Positions 1 to 9,669 of a stretch of 54,915 nucleotides of DNA are shown in pieces. Each line of letters opens with the position of its first letter. Position 1 is the first letter of the stretch. The translations under genes were made by a program, and so were the position numbers. The notes beneath the pieces were generated by a model, which had not been told where the DNA came from, ran no database searches, and worked only from the letters and a program-made list of their open reading frames with translations. The DNA is from a virus (lineage: Duplodnaviria; Caudoviricetes), in IMG/VR virus record IMGVR_UViG_3300025115_000013, positions 1 through 54,915 of that record. One strand, given 5' to 3'.

Positions 1-134
1 CCCGACTTTCAATGATGTGTTCTTTGTCTCTTTGTACAAAAAGATTATCAATTTCGTCGAGTATGCTCTTAGTTTTTTTTTGCAAGATGCTTTACCTTTA
101 AGGTTAAATATATTTATTAAAATTATAAACTTCA

Positions 135-1025
135 ATGACAACTATTACAATCACTCTTACAAACACCCATGAAACCTCGTATTACGATCTTCAATTCTCA
201 CTTTTAGATAGTTCGGTTGCCATTAAATGGGCAGCTGATCTACAAAAAGTTTTGTCTAGTAATAATCAAATTGACGACAATGAAAGATTCTATAACTTCC
301 CTAACTCGAAATATTCTAAGGAATTTGTGGTTACCCGGCTAAACGAGCTCGCAGAAATTGTTAATAATTATAAACCCGGATCAGTAACAAGAGTTGCAAC
401 AATGGATATAACCCAAGAAGATCTAAACTACTTCCATCATGTATTTGAGCGATTACACGGATTATACAGCACACAAGATGCTAACCACTTTTGCAAAGAT
501 GCGCCATACGAAGTAAGAGATGCCCTGAATCAGATTAACATCACCGTACACCGCTGCGAATCACTTAACTCTTTTCCGCGGTTTGTGTGTACCTGGTATC
601 ATAAACCTGCAAGAAAATTATTAAAAGACCACGAATTCGATTTGTTTACTTTCGAAGAACATTTTGGTGATTTAAGATTAAACTACTGCGAGGTCGGAAA
701 AACTCTTTACGACCACTGGCATGATAAAGACCAATATGCAACACTTGATAACATGCTTATACCTCAAAAATACTACAGTGCTGATTTTACTGTACGGTTT
801 AGAGAAAGATCAGCAGACACAGCTACCAATATCTGTAATACACTCTGGCAGTATGTAAAAGAACATGAAGAAAAATTTAAAGAACTAGGGTACAGCATGT
901 ATGATAAGAAACTCAGTCTCGGGAGCATTCCGTTAGCAAAATTAGTATATTCTGCTGGATCCGAAGAAGATATCATCAATCAAATTGGCTTACACCAAAA
1001 AGTTCACTCTATAAAAATTATTTAA
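135..1025 (+). CDS. hypothetical protein
   Basis: 296-aa ORF; AT-rich TAAATA motif upstream; no recognised motif. Confidence 0.6.
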   Translation: MTTITITLTNTHETSYYDLQFSLLDSSVAIKWAADLQKVLSSNNQIDDNERFYNFPNSKYSKEFVVTRLNELAEIVNNYKPGSVTRVATMDITQEDLNYFHHVFERLHGLYSTQDANHFCKDAPYEVRDALNQINITVHRCESLNSFPRFVCTWYHKPARKLLKDHEFDLFTFEEHFGDLRLNYCEVGKTLYDHWHDKDQYATLDNMLIPQKYYSADFTVRFRERSADTATNICNTLWQYVKEHEEKFKELGYSMYDKKLSLGSIPLAKLVYSAGSEEDIINQIGLHQKVHSIKII

Positions 1026-2464
1026 CTAATTGTAGACTTAGCTTTAATACCTGCTAACATCGATTTTAACTTAGTTGACTGCACATCGCCGGATACCTTG
1101 GGTGCAATAGTCGACACTTTCTTAATTTCTCCTGTGTCAGGGTCAACAGTTTCTACTACCTTGGTGTCTGTTACAGTTGACTTGGCTTTAATCTGATCAA
1201 TTAACGCATTTGGTGATTTCCCTCCAACCGGAGCATCTTCACCTAAGTCTAAGATACGGAGGCTGTTAATGTCAAACTCTAGTTCAACTTTTTGTCCGAC
1301 GCCGCTAGACGAACGTGTCTTCATAAGTTGAATCTGATAACGACCACGCTCACGCATAGCGCGGCTTGTAAAAATACCAAACACATTGTCTGCAGTGTTG
1401 ATCTTCGAAATACCTCCAGAGATATGCGAGTGGTCAAACTCAACTTCTTCGACTGCACTACGGTTCAACTGTGATGCAGTGATCATTAAGATATGGAATT
1501 CTCTTGCAAGGTTACGCAATTCCTCAGACACATACTTGTCCTTAACGAACAAATCGTTTGGACTAACCTTAGCAGACACTGGCATTAACAAGTCTAAGTA
1601 GTCAACCATAATAAAGTCGGCTTTAAGACCTGTTTGAATGTGCAACTCTTTAAGATATGCACGAATGTCGTTAACCGTACTTTGCGCTGGCATATACTTG
1701 ATCTGCAATCTGCCACACTTTTTACCTGCCATCTTAACTTTAAGTTCTACGTTGTCTAAGTCCTTAAACAGTTCTTTAGTACTCACGTTAGCAACCATGC
1801 TATCAATACGCATCGAACACAATTCTTCAGACAACTCTAACGAAAGGTAAACTCCATTGAGTCCTGCTTGGATCCAGTTTACTGCGATGTTTTGCATAAA
1901 CAGTGATTTGCCCGAACCAGAGCCGCCTGCAAAGATGTTTAATTCGCCTCTCGACATCCCGCCGAACAACTTATTATCAAGCGTAGGCCAACCTGTGCTT
2001 GCTTGACCTTTATTGCTCTTAATTTTCATTAGCCGTTCTTTAGGGTCAGCAAAGTAATCTGTGCCCATATCCTTTGTTAGTGATATTTGCACTGCGTCTT
2101 TAATTAATTTCTCAACTGGCTCATACTCGCCTTTATCCAGTAAATCGGCCGATTTTAAAATTGCACGTTCAAGTTCTTTACGTTTTGTAAAGCCTTCGAA
2201 TTCTTCTAAGAACCACTCACTATGCTGGTCAGAAAATTCCGGAATTGGTTTTAATGTAACTCCAGTCGTTGCTTCTACTTGTTCATAAGTAGGGAGAGAT
2301 GCGTACTTATTGCTGTATTCTCTAATAAACTCAGCAGTGTCTTTAAGACTACGATCAAAATTATTTGCATTAAAGATGTTTTGCACACGCACATAGTTTT
2401 GTGCATCTTGCATCATTACTTCAAGAAACAACTCTTGTAATTTAGTACTATATTCTTTAGGCAT
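1022..2464 (-). CDS. gp41: DnaB-family replicative helicase (T4 gp41-like)
   Basis: Walker A GGSGSGKS, SLELSEE, IMVDYLDLL, TASQLNR, QLMKTR motifs. Confidence 0.93.
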   Translation of the reverse strand: MPKEYSTKLQELFLEVMMQDAQNYVRVQNIFNANNFDRSLKDTAEFIREYSNKYASLPTYEQVEATTGVTLKPIPEFSDQHSEWFLEEFEGFTKRKELERAILKSADLLDKGEYEPVEKLIKDAVQISLTKDMGTDYFADPKERLMKIKSNKGQASTGWPTLDNKLFGGMSRGELNIFAGGSGSGKSLFMQNIAVNWIQAGLNGVYLSLELSEELCSMRIDSMVANVSTKELFKDLDNVELKVKMAGKKCGRLQIKYMPAQSTVNDIRAYLKELHIQTGLKADFIMVDYLDLLMPVSAKVSPNDLFVKDKYVSEELRNLAREFHILMITASQLNRSAVEEVEFDHSHISGGISKINTADNVFGIFTSRAMRERGRYQIQLMKTRSSSGVGQKVELEFDINSLRILDLGEDAPVGGKSPNALIDQIKAKSTVTDTKVVETVDPDTGEIKKVSTIAPKVSGDVQSTKLKSMLAGIKAKSTIS

Positions 2465-3351
2465 TATTTCTCACACACTAGTTGACATGTTCTGTCATTC
2501 TCGACTTCACTATAAAATTGTTGAATTTCGGTATTAGTTAAAATGCTCGAAATCGTAGTATTCTTAATATTAACTAATTCACTGAATTTTCTAAATTTAG
2601 TCTTAAACCTACTTCTGAATTCTTCTAGGTAGCAGCACGGAAAATACATTCCGCCTGACGAAATGTAATGTTGTTTATGAGTTAGAACACACAATGGCTT
2701 AAATGGTACACTATTATTGTATCTAGCTTCCCTAAATAAAGTTACTGCCGATGGCTTTAATGCAGATGATGTTTTTTCATTCCATCGATCCGACGGAACC
2801 ACATGGAATTTATAAAACCCAAGCTCTTCACTTAGCTGTTCACACACTTTTAGATCACCTTCATTGAATTTAAATGGGATAAGTCGCCAAACTGCCTTAG
2901 CAGCAGATTTAACTACAACATTTATTCCTTCCAGGACTGAGGGCCAGTCGTTATTAATTCTATACACCGGTTTAGACCCAGGTACTTCATCCATTGAAAA
3001 TTGTATTATATCAGAAGTGTCTAAGTAACCGCATAGTTCTTCCCACCACGATTTATCGCAGTAACTACCATTGGTTATAAGATTAATATTCCCGCCGCGT
3101 TCTTTAATCCATTGTACCAGTGGTATGAGATCAGGGTAGTAAATCGGATCTCCTGTGTTTCCGCACAATAAAAATCTCTTCCCAGTTACATCTATGTCGA
3201 TAAATTGTTTAAAGTCGGTTAAATTTAAGTCTACATTGTTCCACTTATTCGGAAACATCTGCTTAAACTCTGTACGAGAACACAGCGGGCACTTTAAGTA
3301 ACACCTGTTAGTGGGTTCTACATGAAATCCTTGCAAGTCTAATAACATCAC
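2464..3351 (-). CDS. radical SAM protein with C-terminal SPASM-like Cys cluster
   Basis: CYLKCPLC (CxxxCxxC), GNTGDP, TNGS, C-terminal FPCCY and CQLVC. Confidence 0.85.
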   Translation of the reverse strand: MMLLDLQGFHVEPTNRCYLKCPLCSRTEFKQMFPNKWNNVDLNLTDFKQFIDIDVTGKRFLLCGNTGDPIYYPDLIPLVQWIKERGGNINLITNGSYCDKSWWEELCGYLDTSDIIQFSMDEVPGSKPVYRINNDWPSVLEGINVVVKSAAKAVWRLIPFKFNEGDLKVCEQLSEELGFYKFHVVPSDRWNEKTSSALKPSAVTLFREARYNNSVPFKPLCVLTHKQHYISSGGMYFPCCYLEEFRSRFKTKFRKFSELVNIKNTTISSILTNTEIQQFYSEVENDRTCQLVCEK

Positions 3352-4340
3352 ATTTTCTTCCTTAGCTCAATTTTTAACTTGCTAGTCTCTACTGAATCAA
3401 GAATAGTTTTCATAACAAACAATTTTCCATATTTAATCACTGCTTCATTTATGTCTTTACACGTTTCTTTCCACACCGGGAAAGATACATCCCAGTTATA
3501 TTTTAACGCCTCGTCTATTAACTTTGTTCCTGCTTCATCCCAGTCTGGTACAACAATAACTTGCTTCCCTAACCCATCAATGATGTCTGCCTGTTGCTCA
3601 CTGACTTCGTTATGCAATACTGCAACCCCGTCGATGCACATAGCATCAAATATACCCTCAGTAACAATAACAAACCTCCATTGAGGTTGCTGTTTATTTA
3701 CATTGAATACATATCCAGTGTCAACAAAGTTTATGTACTTTGGCTTTTGCCCGTCAATGGCGTTAGCTGAATACCCAACAATCTTGTCTTTCCAATAAAA
3801 AGGAATAATCAATCTATGTTTATGCTTATTATCCGACGACCAATAAAACTCGTATTCTTGTAAGTTAACTTTTCTATCATATGCAACTTTTACGCACTCG
3901 TTAAATTCCTCTGGAAACGGTTTGTTTGCAAGAGCGTAAAATTCTGCTAGTGATATAAACGGTTGAGCTTCATCTGGTAACGGTCGCGGGTTAAACGATG
4001 CTTCTTCTTTTTCTTGTACCTCAACTATTGCATCAGGTGCTACTACGCTTTTAACACGAATTGCATCTAGAACCAAACGACGGATCTCGTTATCGGCAAC
4101 ACCTAACGACGATAGAACTTTGCGAAACTTAAAGTTTAATGTGTACCCAGGTTTATAGTATGCTTTATGGTTACAGTTAAAGCAATGGTAACTACACTCA
4201 CCAGATGACCCAAGAAGAAATCCGCCGCGACTTCTTTTGTCGTGACAAATCGGGCAGTTAAAAGTAACCCACCCATTTGGCGCTTTTTTTCGTTTAGCCG
4301 GTAAGACAGAAGATACAAACTCTTGAATCGTATTCTGCAT
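3348..4340 (-). CDS. gp61: DNA primase (T4 gp61-like)
   Basis: Zn finger CPIC..HCFNC, TOPRIM VTEGIFDA, PDWD, KDINEA; next to helicase. Confidence 0.88.
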   Translation of the reverse strand: MQNTIQEFVSSVLPAKRKKAPNGWVTFNCPICHDKRSRGGFLLGSSGECSYHCFNCNHKAYYKPGYTLNFKFRKVLSSLGVADNEIRRLVLDAIRVKSVVAPDAIVEVQEKEEASFNPRPLPDEAQPFISLAEFYALANKPFPEEFNECVKVAYDRKVNLQEYEFYWSSDNKHKHRLIIPFYWKDKIVGYSANAIDGQKPKYINFVDTGYVFNVNKQQPQWRFVIVTEGIFDAMCIDGVAVLHNEVSEQQADIIDGLGKQVIVVPDWDEAGTKLIDEALKYNWDVSFPVWKETCKDINEAVIKYGKLFVMKTILDSVETSKLKIELRKKM

Positions 4341-4360
4341 CTATATAGTATAGCGTATTA

Positions 4361-5128
4361 TTAGCCGCGATACAATATTTTTGTAACATCTCCAGTTGTC
4401 TTCTCAATCATAAAACGGATTCCGGTATATATTCCTTCGACGTTTGATATGGTAGACGAGGTTTGGGCTTGATATGTAGTAGTTTGGACATTAAACCAAT
4501 TAGCAGTTAAATTGGAAATAGCCGGAACTGGATCAGTTGTTGCTTGTATTGTTACATCTCCAGTGAAAGTATCAAAAAATATCTGAGCCGAATGGGCAAC
4601 AGTCGGACTAATAACCGATGACGTATATATTACTGTATTTCCGGTGTTGTCAAATGTTACCTCTGTACTGTCTTTAAATTCTGGAAAATGCCCAGATAAA
4701 ATCTGTGCCTGGCCGCGAGCAGTAAAATGGTCGTCAATGTATAACGGAACAGTTTTACCATTCCCATCTGTACCAAGCAGGCTATATGTGAAGAATTGAT
4801 TTTCTAAGGACTGCAATTCACCCTCTGTAAATGTTACTGAAATTGCACTTAGGTTAGCATCAAGTAACGAACATGGTTTGCTAAGAATAACCGATTTCTT
4901 CTCATCATCTACTAGACTAACCGTAAACGAATATGTAGAAATATTTGCTGCAAGTTGCTGCTCTTGATTGAGCACTGTAAACTTAACTTCGTTATCAATG
5001 CCTTTATACAACTTCAATGTCTTAGCGTACACTACTCTGTTCCTTTGTTTAGATAGCGGGTCTACCAGAATGTTAACCGGAATAATATTATCATATAAAT
5101 AACTGGTAGTGGTTTGTGGTAACATCAT
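4361..5128 (-). CDS. hypothetical beta-rich protein, possibly virion structural
   Basis: 255-aa T/S/V-rich ORF; TAAATA late-type motif upstream. Confidence 0.5.
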   Translation of the reverse strand: MMLPQTTTSYLYDNIIPVNILVDPLSKQRNRVVYAKTLKLYKGIDNEVKFTVLNQEQQLAANISTYSFTVSLVDDEKKSVILSKPCSLLDANLSAISVTFTEGELQSLENQFFTYSLLGTDGNGKTVPLYIDDHFTARGQAQILSGHFPEFKDSTEVTFDNTGNTVIYTSSVISPTVAHSAQIFFDTFTGDVTIQATTDPVPAISNLTANWFNVQTTTYQAQTSSTISNVEGIYTGIRFMIEKTTGDVTKILYRG

Positions 5129-5155
5129 TGCCTTTCTTTATATTTAGCATATTAC

Positions 5156-5527
5156 ATGGACGACAGTTACAAGAATTTATTAAAAAATCATCCCTTTTTA
5201 AGTTATCTGACCTACGGCGGTAACGACTATGTTGGCATCATACAAAATGTTGACGAATACGTCACTGCAATGTACGATTTTAGTATGCTGAAAACTCAGG
5301 AAGAAAAAATTTCTTTCTTAGAGTTAGGCGATGTGTGGTGGTGGGAAAGTAATAGAATGATCCCAATCAACATTTTTCTACGGGCCGACTGGGTTGCATT
5401 TCGAACTTGCTTAAAAACGTTTAACAGCAAAGATGTTGACATTAAGTATGGCCCACACGTGAGCCTCAAGGAACTTGCTTTTAAAAGGTCTAAAAGAAAA
5501 GCAATTACCTTAGTAAGAAAAACTTAA
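5156..5527 (+). CDS. hypothetical protein
   Basis: 123-aa ORF with WWWESNRMIPINIFL segment. Confidence 0.6.
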   Translation: MDDSYKNLLKNHPFLSYLTYGGNDYVGIIQNVDEYVTAMYDFSMLKTQEEKISFLELGDVWWWESNRMIPINIFLRADWVAFRTCLKTFNSKDVDIKYGPHVSLKELAFKRSKRKAITLVRKT

Positions 5528-6099
5528 CCTTGCCCTAAGAGAAGGTTCATATGTACCACACACAGGTGCGAATATGCACAGGCGTGAGACATTTTAAACG
5601 AATACCCGTCGTCTGTTTTGTCCCAGATAGTTGCAGCAACTTCTTTCCACGATTTACCTATTAGGTGTTTTTTGCCAGGGCGGATTAAAGCAATAAACAT
5701 CATCAACCGTTCAATGCTATTAATAGGTTCGGGCATACGCTTCATCTCGTTAAAGTGTCCGTTAATATGAATCACTTTATCAAAAAACTCTTTATCAAGC
5801 AACTTGCTCCAGTCTGGGGTTTTGTGCATTAACTCAAGTAAGTGCTCTTCTGATTTTACTTGCTGATACACCGACACATTAAGGAAGTCTAATTTAATGT
5901 AGCCACGGTCCTCTGCCTTTTTGTAGTCTATTGCAGAAAGGCCAGACATTGGTTCTATTGGCATATCAGTAACATATACTCCGCTGGCGTGCTTATGCAG
6001 TTCGCCATCGCGGAGCATTGATGCAGGGATGTGATTTATTTTAGATAATGCCAATGTTCTATCAGCAAAGTCTATGTCGATGTCAGCATTTAAAGTCAT
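5524..6099 (-). CDS. minimal DNA polymerase III alpha (DnaE) catalytic-core-like protein
   Basis: DIDIDF, KHASGVYV, KLDFL, ALIRPG, YSFKMSHACAYS are collinear family C polymerase motifs. Confidence 0.82.
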   Translation of the reverse strand: MTLNADIDIDFADRTLALSKINHIPASMLRDGELHKHASGVYVTDMPIEPMSGLSAIDYKKAEDRGYIKLDFLNVSVYQQVKSEEHLLELMHKTPDWSKLLDKEFFDKVIHINGHFNEMKRMPEPINSIERLMMFIALIRPGKKHLIGKSWKEVAATIWDKTDDGYSFKMSHACAYSHLCVVHMNLLLGQG

Positions 6100-6827
6100 A
6101 TTAAATTATTCTCAACAAGGAAGTTTGCAAATGCTAAATGCGCCTCAGGGCCATGATGTCCAACTACAAAAGTTTTTCCATTGATTTCTTGAGTAAAATC
6201 GTCAATTGGTAAGAACCCTTTTGACAAACACCACTGAGTAAATGAAAACGTAAACAAATCTAATACACTGTTATCTTTTGCAACTTCGTCAGCAAACGGC
6301 TTAATAAACGGAGCATGAACATCACAAGGTTCAACTACAGGGCCCGAGAATATTACGTATTTAATATTGTTTAATTTGCACCAACTAGTAAACATTATAA
6401 TTTGTTGTAGGAGAACTGTGTTTGCAGATTCAACGTTATGATAGTATAACCATCCATTTTTATATTGATCAACTGGATTTGAGTTTAAGAACGATAAGTT
6501 CTTAAACCAATCTTTCTCAGTTGCAAACTGGACGCTATAAAAATCTCCGTCGTTACAAGATCGAAACCTATTTTCTTTATGTGTAGTATCCCACAGCTCT
6601 GTGCGAATAGTAAACGACAAAGATATAATTACCGAAATGTCTGAAAACTGTGTTTTTTTCTCTATTAAATCTCGTAATGCTACCCTGAAAATTCTACTGT
6701 TACAAGAACCATTAACCGACACATTTAACACTTTATCAAAAATCCCTTTATGTCTGATAGCGTCTGAGTATGCAGACCCGTTTTCAACTGCATAACTATC
6801 TCCAGAAATGTATAGTAAACTACTCAT
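6096..6827 (-). CDS. SGNH/GDSL hydrolase-like protein
   Basis: N-terminal GDS, GSCNSRI, C-terminal GHHGPEAH. Confidence 0.65.
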   Translation of the reverse strand: MSSLLYISGDSYAVENGSAYSDAIRHKGIFDKVLNVSVNGSCNSRIFRVALRDLIEKKTQFSDISVIISLSFTIRTELWDTTHKENRFRSCNDGDFYSVQFATEKDWFKNLSFLNSNPVDQYKNGWLYYHNVESANTVLLQQIIMFTSWCKLNNIKYVIFSGPVVEPCDVHAPFIKPFADEVAKDNSVLDLFTFSFTQWCLSKGFLPIDDFTQEINGKTFVVGHHGPEAHLAFANFLVENNLI

Positions 6828-6842
6828 ATTTTTTCCTTTTAA

Positions 6843-7082
6843 TCATAAGAAGTAATACACCAACCCAATAAACCAAGAAACAAACATTATAATAAACACA
6901 CTAGAAGCAGCATATTCTTTCATGCTTAATAGTATACCTGCCCAAAATGCATTACCAAACGAGAGTAGGAAAAAACCCAAATACGGGTGAAGTTTCAGAC
7001 TAGTAGTAAGTGCACCTGCAAACATCATTCCTGTGCAGAACCATTTAATAGATGGCAAGTGTTTTTTAAAAAATAGTATCAT
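6843..7082 (-). CDS. small membrane protein
   Basis: 79 aa, three hydrophobic segments. Confidence 0.55.
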   Translation of the reverse strand: MILFFKKHLPSIKWFCTGMMFAGALTTSLKLHPYLGFFLLSFGNAFWAGILLSMKEYAASSVFIIMFVSWFIGLVYYFL

Positions 7083-7203
7083 CCTGGAAGAAATGTCATA
7101 AATGGTAGTGCGTTTAAATATGCTTCGCCTGGAAAAAATGCTATTAGTATAGCTATCAAAACTACAAGCAACTGTAAAGCTATTATGATAATTATTTCTT
7201 TGT

Positions 7204-7890
7204 TCATAGTGCTGCCTTATTTAAAATATCTTTAACCCATTCAGTATCAGCCAAATAATCAGAAAACTTCTTCTGCCAATACTCTGGGTCAATGATATGA
7301 TATATTAACGTTAGCTGCTCTTCATTCAACGTTTCTAAGAACGCAACACCAGAGTCACAATTAAAAATTACCCAAGGGCTAATCCTACCATTATTTATAT
7401 GATAACAGACCTTGTTAGTGTTTGCATATTTAAAGTAATGATTAAACTGGCTGTTGTTCTCGTCTGCCCAATCCTGCATTTCTTTTAAAGCACGCTCGAT
7501 AGCGTCTTGAGGATGTTCTCGCCTGAGATAATGATGTAAGTACTCATCGTAAAACGCATCCTTAGTCCATTGGTCTAATTTCTTCCCAGACTTAATAATC
7601 CATTCAATGAATGCTGCTGGATTTACTGCATTGACTTGTACAATGTAATTACCAAACTTAACAAAAGCCGAATAATAAGAACTCTCAACAAAATCAGCAT
7701 ATGATTTTGTTTTAGCACTTCCTTGGGTTAATTCATAAAACTTTAGGTATGCCATTAGTCCAAACTGTGTGCCTTTTTCCTTTTCTTGCATCCAGCGACG
7801 TTTCTTCTCGCAAGTATGTACCGCAAGAGAAGAAAGCTGTCGAAAACTTTTCCCACAATACTTACAAATGTTCTTATTATCGTTCATCAT
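7204..7890 (-). CDS. zinc-finger-containing hypothetical protein
   Basis: N-terminal CKYCGKSF..L..HTC motif. Confidence 0.65.
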   Translation of the reverse strand: MMNDNKNICKYCGKSFRQLSSLAVHTCEKKRRWMQEKEKGTQFGLMAYLKFYELTQGSAKTKSYADFVESSYYSAFVKFGNYIVQVNAVNPAAFIEWIIKSGKKLDQWTKDAFYDEYLHHYLRREHPQDAIERALKEMQDWADENNSQFNHYFKYANTNKVCYHINNGRISPWVIFNCDSGVAFLETLNEEQLTLIYHIIDPEYWQKKFSDYLADTEWVKDILNKAAL

Positions 7891-7942
7891 TGCGACATAG
7901 ATAAAATAAAAGGTCCAAACATGTTTCTACCAAACAAATACC

Positions 7943-8413
7943 TTACTTCATTATCTCTTTAATCTCTTTATCGTCTTTACCTAAATCTTTCAAGAAAGCC
8001 TTTATGTCGTCTGGGGTGTTGGTCTGAATCAACAAACGAATCTCATCTAACTTCATAGTAGGATAATGAGAAATAAAGAACGATTCAAGTTTACTTTTAG
8101 CTTGCTTTTTCGGTGCACTCAACCATGGATGGTACTGCTTGCCCATACCTGGGCTAATAGTAGTTGCAGTTAACCAATGCAGCTTAGGGTGAACAGAAGA
8201 ACTAACGTCAAAAAAGTTTTTGTTATAATTCTCGTTCGTTCTTATTAGGTAATATTCTTGTAAGTCACTAATCCCTTGTACAGAACATCCCCAGCGAATC
8301 ATCATATACGGACTAAACGCTTTCTTTTCTTCGTCAGACAACCGATCGTAAAACCCACGATCCTTTTTATCTAGTGCAAGAAGAACGTCTTTAATGTCGA
8401 GTTTGGTTGCCAT
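7943..8413 (-). CDS. gp62: clamp loader small subunit (T4 gp62-like)
   Basis: FSPYMMIRW, HPKLHWL, GKQYHPWL pattern; replication context. Confidence 0.65.
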   Translation of the reverse strand: MATKLDIKDVLLALDKKDRGFYDRLSDEEKKAFSPYMMIRWGCSVQGISDLQEYYLIRTNENYNKNFFDVSSSVHPKLHWLTATTISPGMGKQYHPWLSAPKKQAKSKLESFFISHYPTMKLDEIRLLIQTNTPDDIKAFLKDLGKDDKEIKEIMK

Positions 8414-8561
8414 ATTTTAATAAGTAGTATGCTGCATATTTGTCAAGGATTGTTTTAATGTTACTATCAGTGTCTGCTGCCATAAACAATTGATCAAGAT
8501 AATCAATTATTTCGCTGTCACGAAAATCAACTGCGTCGTCATCTTCTAATAGTGTTGCCAT
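8391..8561 (-). CDS. small paralog 3 of tandem LKYG family (56 aa, not in ORF track)
   Basis: MATLLEDD...AADTDSNIKTILDKYAAYYLLKYGNQTRH; C-terminus matches the two upstream ORFs. Confidence 0.65.
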   Translation of the reverse strand: MATLLEDDDAVDFRDSEIIDYLDQLFMAADTDSNIKTILDKYAAYYLLKYGNQTRH

Positions 8562-8733
8562 ACTTTAAATTATAGTACAGTTCAACCTTCTCTAGCAACT
8601 CTTGCAATACCGGATCAGTTTTGCTCTGCTTAATAACTTGACGCCAATACGCAAACCCATTTGCTCGATTAACCCCATCAGCAATTTCTCTATAAATCTC
8701 CATGTTCTGGGGACTTTGCTTTTTATGATCCAT
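8539..8733 (-). CDS. small paralog 2 of tandem LKYG family
   Basis: SKTDPVLQELLEKVELYYNLKYG. Confidence 0.65.
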   Translation of the reverse strand: MDHKKQSPQNMEIYREIADGVNRANGFAYWRQVIKQSKTDPVLQELLEKVELYYNLKYGNTIRR

Positions 8734-8974
8734 ATTTTAACTTATAGTAGACTATACATTTTTCGAGCATGTCACGCATTATAGGATCAGTCTTAGCTGC
8801 TCGATGCATTTGCCCGAAGTGTCTGATAGTCGGCATGTCCCAACTTTGTTCTTCAAAATACTTCGACGCAATGTCTTGGTATGGTGTAGAAACTTTTACC
8901 AAATCACCATCGCAGTTAAAATCATAACCGTCTGGAATAAGATCTCCGTCTGTACTAAATCGTGGCATTACCAA
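8723..8974 (-). CDS. small paralog 1 of tandem LKYG family
   Basis: AKTDPIMRDMLEKCIVYYKLKYG. Confidence 0.65.
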   Translation of the reverse strand: MVMPRFSTDGDLIPDGYDFNCDGDLVKVSTPYQDIASKYFEEQSWDMPTIRHFGQMHRAAKTDPIMRDMLEKCIVYYKLKYGS

Positions 8975-9474
8975 GCCGCCGAGTAATTAACTACTTCTGA
9001 TTGTCTGCTTACGTCTTTAATAAAGTAAGCACAAATTGGCTTCTCTACATTTTCCTCTAGTGGAACTGCTAAGAATTGTCCCGGTTTAAGTTTAGGGAAA
9101 TACCATTTTACATCTTGATAGATGTCGACTATCTCAACATTAAAGAACTCTGGACGGAAACTTGACAACGAATTAAACGTAAAGACCTTGAACCCTCGGT
9201 CATTGATACTAGTCAGAGGTACTACTTCTAAATCTCCAAGGTCGGGTTCCCCAATTAAAATCTGCCAATCAACCGGCATCTTAATAATGTTATCTCCGAT
9301 CCTTAATACTAGTGCTGGACTGTTAAAACTCTCTAGGAAGATGAGAGGAATAAAAAAGTAATCAGGCTCTTTTGGGTTACTGTTGTCAAATACACAGAAC
9401 CGAAGCTCGTCTACTTCGTCCGGAATCTCGTCCATTTTAAATGGTTTATTATCTAGTGTTAAAATTTGTGACAT
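8968..9474 (-). CDS. hypothetical protein
   Basis: 168-aa ORF packed in the replication operon. Confidence 0.65.
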   Translation of the reverse strand: MSQILTLDNKPFKMDEIPDEVDELRFCVFDNSNPKEPDYFFIPLIFLESFNSPALVLRIGDNIIKMPVDWQILIGEPDLGDLEVVPLTSINDRGFKVFTFNSLSSFRPEFFNVEIVDIYQDVKWYFPKLKPGQFLAVPLEENVEKPICAYFIKDVSRQSEVVNYSAAW

Positions 9475-9600
9475 TTGGTTCCTTTAGTTTTCGTTTTCGT
9501 TTGTAAAAAGTAATGCCTGTAATGTCTTTATTTGTATAGTAAAATATCATTGATATTAGTATAAAAGATGTTAATAAGATAGTCAAGATCATTTCAAAAA

Positions 9601-9669
9601 GATAAATATTAATGCGGATCGCGATTCTCCCAAATCCACCCGCCCTATCGCTTGTAAGGAGCAACAGCA
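9601..9669 (+). promoter_or_regulatory. late-type promoter (ATAAATA) and structured leader of HNH gene
   Basis: ATAAATA then GCGGA-TCGCGAT..ATCCA-CCCGC-CCTA..CAGCA-ATG; shared with 42622-42695. Confidence 0.55.
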
